Shown: one piece after another, positions 56,613-64,000 of the stretch | How positions within the stretch are numbered: position 1 is the stretch's first letter | How the letters are laid out: each line of letters opens with the position of its first letter | Origin: Eledone cirrhosa | Taxonomy: Eukaryota | Length of the DNA stretch: 64,000 bases | Direction of reading: 5' to 3' | Assembly: GCA_964016885.1 (NCBI GenBank) | Contig: OZ024747.1 | Location: 84,010,001 to 84,074,000, forward strand | The notes under the pieces: model-generated | Told to the model about the DNA's origin: nothing | The model's input: only the letters and a program-made list of their open reading frames with translations | Databases searched by the model: none | Program-made: the position numbers and the translations under genes

Positions 56613-59268
56613 AGAGTCATTCAGTATGGCCTCTCGAGACTCAAATCTCTGATGGTCCCTCATGGCGTGGCCATATATATACTAGGTTGCCAAAATTGCA
56701 TCTCATTTCTTGAGGGACAGAAAATACTCTAGCTGCGATCAAATACTAACTCTATAAAAGGCTCAATCAAAAACCACAATCGAATACCCTGCCAGAATGT
56801 AAAAGTAAACCACTTAACTGATTGCTAACGATACATTCAAAAGCGTAGTACAAATTCTGTGAGCTGCAGTGACACTGTGTCTGACCAGATCACAATGAGT
56901 GCGACGAAAATCTTGACACCAAAAAATAAATGATAAATGTAAAGTACAGTTAACTGTTTTTGTGTGTGTTTTAATTGCTAAAGTGACTCTTCCACGATGT
57001 AATTGTTTTAGTTTCAACACACGGTCACAGATCAAGGTATTTACCAGACATGTATAACTAGTTTAAATGATTCTTCCACGGTGTAATTGCTTTAGTTTCA
57101 ACACACGGTTTCACAGACCTGCCAACCTCTAAAAACCAAAACGAGGAGTACAAAAGATTGGTACAGTCTTCACGTTTGTATCTTATTATGAACATATAAT
57201 CGATGGATTTCTGGTTAATTTTTTAGATGAATTGATTGTCGGAAAAGAAGTTGTGTTACTTCTCGAACACAGTTGTGTTACTTCTCTTTTTCTACAACGC
57301 AATGATTTTTCTCAACAGAATTTAGTAACCGGGGAGAAAATGCTATAAACATGCCATTTTCATTTGGAATAGTTCCACCGGTGACTTCAGAGATGTCTAT
57401 TTTGACAGTAAATACCACATGTTTGTCTACGTTAGCCTTCTCAAGCTCCTTAATAGTGACATTTAAATTTGAGGGCGGAAACTGCGCATTTATTTGATGT
57501 CTCATTCTGTCAGAGAAGCTAGGATGTATCATACTAGATAAGAAGTCTGTGCGCAGGTGCGGGGCATTTCTTTAACCCTTTTGATACCAAACCACGTGAA
57601 AACTCCCCTGATTCTATGATACAAACCTTACATTATAATGTGATATAATAAATTATGCGCCAAACACTTAATTTAGAAAAAGGTAATTATATTACTAAAT
57701 CTCTCTAAATTCTTGATTTTTTCAAAATATTTACATATTTTATTTATGGAATATATCATGTAGATAGAGTTTAATAGAAACAGAAAGAAAGAAAATTTAG
57801 ATTGAGAAGAATGGAATGTGAAATAGGAAAATCTAAAGAAAAAAGAGAAAAAACAGAAAAGGGAGGGAATAGAAAGGACTCTAGTGTCACAGAAGAATGG
57901 GGAGGGGAGAGGGGAGGATTATTAGGCTCTGGGGCTAAGGCACGGCAGTAAAGGGGCCTCACCTTGCGGGCAAGACCGCAAAAGCATTCCCGCAAAAGCA
58001 TTCTAAGCAGAAATATGATAACGAAACGGTTAACTAGAATTACACTGAAGAGTCAGGACGAAATTCGTTATGACTAATATGATAGTCTATGTAATTTTTG
58101 AAAAATTACATTTTTCCTTATTAAAGTAGTTCGAAAAAATGTTGTTACGCTCCTCTTTGGATTTACCACTGGTGTTGGCGTCATCTAAATAGGTGTACGT
58201 GCCTTCTAACTTGTTTCCACCAATAATATCGTCTTATAATTCGTTGGAAACGTGCAACACTGTTTGCAAGACCGAAACTAAGATGATTAAACTGAAACAA
58301 TTAACCGGCTGCCTCGAAAAAAACAGTAAATACTTTATCATCGGAATGCAACATAACACAGTGGTACACACTACGTAAGTCGATAGTCGTATATATATCT
58401 TGTAAGAAGATATTTTGTTAATTAAATCGTCGAAGTCGGGCAGCGGGTAAGCGTCTGAGTAGGTGTATTTATTACTAGTTTCGGAGTAACTAACTACTAA
58501 CCTCTTTTTATTCTGTTACGGTTAACGACATGTATTAGTGGTCGCCCGGGTGAGCTTCTTGCAACAATGATACTATCTTTGAGTATTCAATTCACTTCCA
58601 GCCTAAAATTTCGGCACCAGAAGATTTAAATTCACGAGATTTCGTAGCTACATATTTAATATCTGGCGACAGATTAAACAAGACTCTAGATGGATAGATT
58701 TTTAGCTAGGTCAGAAATCAAACTTAAAAGTCTGATTCATATTGGCGGGGGTCACTCAGGGCTGGTACTACCATTAGATTACTTAGACAGCCATCAAGTG
58801 CACAGACCTGAGATGCGCATTACTGAGCCTTAAAGATCACGGTTTAGTTCACATTTGTATAATTAATATTGACATACAGTAATTTACTGTAATTAATAAA
58901 TTAATCGCTAAAGATCTTTGTGGCGTAGCAGTGTTGTGGAAATACCTAAGGTGGTGGAAAGAGTGACATGTTGTTATGACCCTTAACATGATTTGAAGTG
59001 GGTGAGTGTGGACTGAGTAATAGATGAAGCTGGCTTAGTCATTTTGTAAATGTGGTCAGAGCAAAATGTGTTTAAGACTAGGTTCATCAACCTCCGAAAC
59101 TGGATTGAAATTACTTTATTTGGCAAAAAAAGAGGGCACATAACTGGAAAAGGAGGCACATATCTGGAAAAGGGGGCACAAACACCCAGGGGCCAGTTCT
59201 CAATGAATTTTACCTTAACAGACGAATATTTACTCAGAAAAGACAAACACCAAGAATGACTCCTGATG

Positions 59269-59300
<32 letters not shown>

Positions 59301-59356
59301 GGTGGTGGTGGTGGTGGTGGTGGTGGTGGTGGTGGTGGTGGTGGTGGTGGTGGTTA

Positions 59357-59391
<35 letters not shown>

Positions 59392-60140
59392 TAATTATAT
59401 ATATATATATATATGTATGTATGTGTGAATATACTGTATATATATATAATTTACGGTTCTATTTTATTATATATATTTAATCTTTCTTTTGTATTATTCT
59501 ATATTCTAGTTATTTTGTAATTATAAGTTAAATAGCAACCAATTATTATTCCAATGGATTTTATGTTTAGTTATATTATATAATAGAACTAGGTACCGAC
59601 AGTTTCACGGGTAAATAAATACCTACTTGTATCATCTTTCAGTAGTGAAAGAACCATCTGTTTAATAACACATTCCTTCAATTTCAGTTTCGTCATTATA
59701 AAAAGCTCTGTGTTATGACTGAGAATGTATATTTTAAATGAAACAAAATAATAAAACCATTGATTACCTTTCTTCCCTTTAAATAATATCCTGTTAATCT
59801 TATGTTAAAGGTGAGACTGTCTAGGTTACTGTCACTTCCTTCTCTTTAACAGCTCTTCAACAGATTAACATAAGGAAAATCAAGATGTCAGAAGGCTGAA
59901 ACATTCTACTTTAAACCTTTTCTTACCATATTTCGAATGGAAACACATCTATGATTTTCAGATCAAGTATTTGGAAATATTTAGTGATATAGCTGAGTTA
60001 ATCTAGTGTTTGGAGCATGACAACAAAGGTTTTTACATACAATTATGATACGTTTTTAGCTAAATACAAACACATTTTTTTTTTTTTTTTTTTTTTTGTT
60101 TTGAAAACAATGCCATTTTTCACTCAAACTCACACATATG

Positions 60141-60354
<214 letters not shown>

Positions 60355-60356
60355 AC

Positions 60357-60408
<52 letters not shown>

Positions 60409-60410
60409 AC

Positions 60411-60456
<46 letters not shown>

Positions 60457-60461
60457 ACCAC

Positions 60462-60496
<35 letters not shown>

Positions 60497-60529
60497 TATA
60501 TATATATACAGTATATATATATATATATC

Positions 60530-60666
60530 CAGGGAATGTAACTTGGAGTTACTGTAGGTTCACCTGGGAGAGCATTCGATGTTTAGGTTCACTTCAGTGT
60601 CGAGGTGTAGAGCTAGACAGAGTGTATTATAGTGAAATAAGATAACAAGGGCGATTGGTTACTCCT
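60530..60666 (-). mobile_element. short (TA)n-embedded 3' tip, related to 39009-39105
   Basis: Shared GGGA.TGTAAC.TG.AGTTACTGTAGGTTCACC..GAGGTGTAGA.CTA.ACAGAG. Confidence 0.6.
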
Positions 60667-60706
60667 AATAATATATATATATATTTAAATATATATATAT
60701 ATTTAA

Positions 60707-60808
<102 letters not shown>

Positions 60809-60827
60809 TACTATATATATATATATC

Positions 60828-60896
<69 letters not shown>

Positions 60897-60930
60897 TACT
60901 GCCTCTCTGTTCTGTCCCTGTTCAATTTTT

Positions 60931-60979
<49 letters not shown>

Positions 60980-60983
60980 CATA

Positions 60984-61065
<82 letters not shown>

Positions 61066-61067
<2 letters not shown>

Positions 61068-61248
61068 TGAGATTCTACAGGACTAGAACTGTCTCATTCA
61101 TTAGAAATCATCAGTAATCTCTGAGATTCCTGATGATTTCTAATGAATGAAACAGTTCTAGTCCTGTAGAATCTCATCTATATTAAAACTGTTATACTCT
61201 GCTATGTATTGAGTACCTTACTTACTGTGGATTCAACCCGGAATAACG
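61066..61248 (+). mobile_element. family E fold-back mini-insert with intact hammerhead (61124-61174, +) and mutated mirror copy (61070-61120, -)
   Basis: Homologous to 24880-25013. Confidence 0.9.
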
Positions 61249-61286
61249 TATATATATATATATATATATATGAAGTATATATATAT

Positions 61287-61501
61287 GAAGGCGTGTGGCT
61301 GAGTGGTTAGAGAATTGGATTCGCAATCGTAAGGTTGTGAGTTCGATTCCTGGACCAGGCGATGCGTTATGTCCTTGAGCAAGACACTTTATTTCACGTT
61401 GCTTCTTCTACCTGGAGTTGCGACCGATAGATAGTATTAGCAATTGGAAAGACCAATGGAAACATTGTTTCCTCGGTCCGATTTGACGAAAGTCGATCGA
61501 T
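61287..61501 (+). mobile_element. SINE family 2 subfamily, full length
   Basis: A and B boxes, CORE-like segment, GTCGATCGAT end. Confidence 0.88.
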
Positions 61502-61529
61502 TAGAATATATATATATATATATATATAT

Positions 61530-62094
61530 ATGGTGGCTGCCAACTCGTTTTCGAGTACGGCCACTACTTTATATCCATGTAGGAGAACTTGGAACCCCTA
61601 CCGATGCGCTGAACGAGTGTGACTTTTTAGTCCAGCCAGCGACTTGAAAACTCTGGTACAAACACTACACTTGTGACAATTATTGACACATAGTGCTGAG
61701 CCCATGGTACCATGTGACGACAAGTGCAGAGAGATCTCCAGATATAAAGCAATGCCTGTGCCGTGAAGCTTTTATAGTGAGCAAAGGCACTGCACTCTCT
61801 TAACCAAGATGATATTTACCAAAAAGAAGAACAAGTCAACATCATTGGATACCATCAGGGTTGCAGGTGTTATATCAGAGTTTTCCTTCTCCTAGAATTC
61901 TGGCTTGACGAAGGCTAAGGGGTCTTCTCTCTCGGTGATTTTGGATGGCCATTGACTCTTAAGAGCTCCTTTGCCCTTTCACAGGTTTTGTTTTTAGTCC
62001 TCACCTTGGTAGGATGGCCAGTTTAGTTGCCAACGACCCGACCATGGGACAAGTTTTACTGGGATACATGTTACCAGTATCACCAACTGGTGAC

Positions 62095-62097
<3 letters not shown>
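61530..62097 (-). mobile_element. putative non-autonomous bipartite RTE derivative
   Basis: Minus strand has an RTE-5'UTR-like CTAGGAGAAGGAAAACTCTGA and ends in the TGGCCGTACTCGAAAACGAG..GCAGCCACCA stem-loop; no ORF. Confidence 0.5.
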
Positions 62098-62137
<40 letters not shown>

Positions 62138-63094
62138 AGGTGTCTCCAAAAATTGTATACTCACTTTGATTTCTTGTACAGGCAATATTTATTAAAATGC
62201 TGTTGAAGTGTGTATACATTTTGGGGCATACCCTGAATATATATATGTACATATATATATATACACACACATATATATATACACATATATATATATACAC
62301 ATATATATATATATATACACACATATATATACACATATATATATATATATACACACATATATATATATATATACACACACATATATATATACACACATAT
62401 ATATATACACATATATATATATACACACACATATATATACACATATATATATATATACACACATATATATACACATATATATATACACACATATATATAT
62501 ACACACACATATATATATACACACATATATATATACACACATGTATATACACACACATATATATATATACACATATATATATATACACACATATATATAC
62601 ACACACATATATATATATATATATACACATATATATATACACACACATATATATATATACACACATATATATATACACACACATATATATATATACACAC
62701 ACATATATATACACATATATATATATACACACATATATATACACATATATATATATACACACATATATATATACACACACATATATATATACACACATAT
62801 ATATATACACACATATATATATACACACATGTATATACACACACATATATATATATACACATATATATATATACACACATATATATACACACATATATAT
62901 ATATATATACACATATATATATACACACACATATATATATATATACATATATATATATACACACACATATATATACACACACATATATATACACATATAT
63001 ACATATACACACACATATATATACACACATATATATATACACATATATATATATATACACACATATATATATACACATATATATATACACACAC

Positions 63095-63204
<110 letters not shown>

Positions 63205-63334
63205 GTATATATAAACGTTTGGAGTTGTAAGGCCAAGACAATGCAGGTATTACAATCCCAAACGTTCATACCTCATTACTCAATGCTTCAAGTGAACTAC
63301 AACTTCCTCCATATATATATATACATATATATAT

Positions 63335-63450
<116 letters not shown>

Positions 63451-63509
63451 GTGTGTATATATATATATATGTGTGTATATATATATATATGTGTGTGTAT
63501 ATATATATA

Positions 63510-63550
<41 letters not shown>

Positions 63551-63791
63551 GCACTAACCAAGAAACGACACACGCGACTCGCGACTCGCAGCAATGACCG
63601 TTTACATTTCTGTGTAGACACAATTTGGCATTACATTCGTTATACTTCAACAGTTAAATTAAATATTCCTATGTTCGTGCCCAGGCGTAGCTTTGAATAA
63701 CATCATCACCTGTTCTTTCACCATCATTTATACTTCATCAAACATATCGCAACTACCTTGTTTAGCTTCGGGAGATTTACTACTAGTAACG

Positions 63792-64000
63792 ATGTCACGC
63801 AAAAGAAAGCTGCTTCCTTCTACCAACGCCCCAAACATGAATCAGAGAAAGTCACTTAGTTTGGAAGTTGAAATAAATAAAATTAACCAGCAGGAAGCAG
63901 AGTAATTAACAAATAAATACACCTAGAGTCTATCCATAAAATGGAGAAATTAGTGATACTCCGAATGGAAGATCAGCTGCAGAAACACGTACCTATAAAC
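63792..64000 (+). pseudogene. Tigger/pogo transposase N-terminal remnant (CENP-B-type HTH), internally deleted
   Basis: MSRKRK..RKSLSLEV, then in another frame KMEKLVILRMEDQLQKHVPIN. Confidence 0.7.

Noticed and set aside
61287-61360. tRNA genes (here and at other SINE heads)
   Set aside because: A and B boxes run into SINE cores and there is no complete cloverleaf.

Overview
Repeat-saturated animal (eukaryotic) intergenic or intronic DNA with no recognisable host gene. The SINE repertoire and the very high (TA)n/(CA)n/(CATA)n density suggest an octopus or other cephalopod genome, which is inference only. Almost all long ORFs in the track are microsatellite artefacts. The real coding remnants are all from mobile elements: RTE LINEs, a Penelope-like element (PLE) with an intact RT-thumb plus GIY-YIG frame, two R4/Dong-like restriction-endonuclease LINEs, a CR1/L2 tail and a Tigger/pogo fragment. 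Hidden between the (TA)n tracts is a dense, recurrent system of at least six families of short retro-inserts. Many carry type I hammerhead ribozyme motifs (about 15 full, variant or decayed cores read by eye), including a U3-A8 core variant and one with a roughly 60-nt helix II. Several families are integrated as fold-back palindromes whose inverted arm starts at a TAT motif a family-specific distance from the 3' end. One such family is physically linked to the PLE ORF. An RTE copy also shows a textbook twin-priming 5' inversion, and the R4/Dong family appears to target (CATA)n. All structures were read by eye and none was computed or searched against a database.
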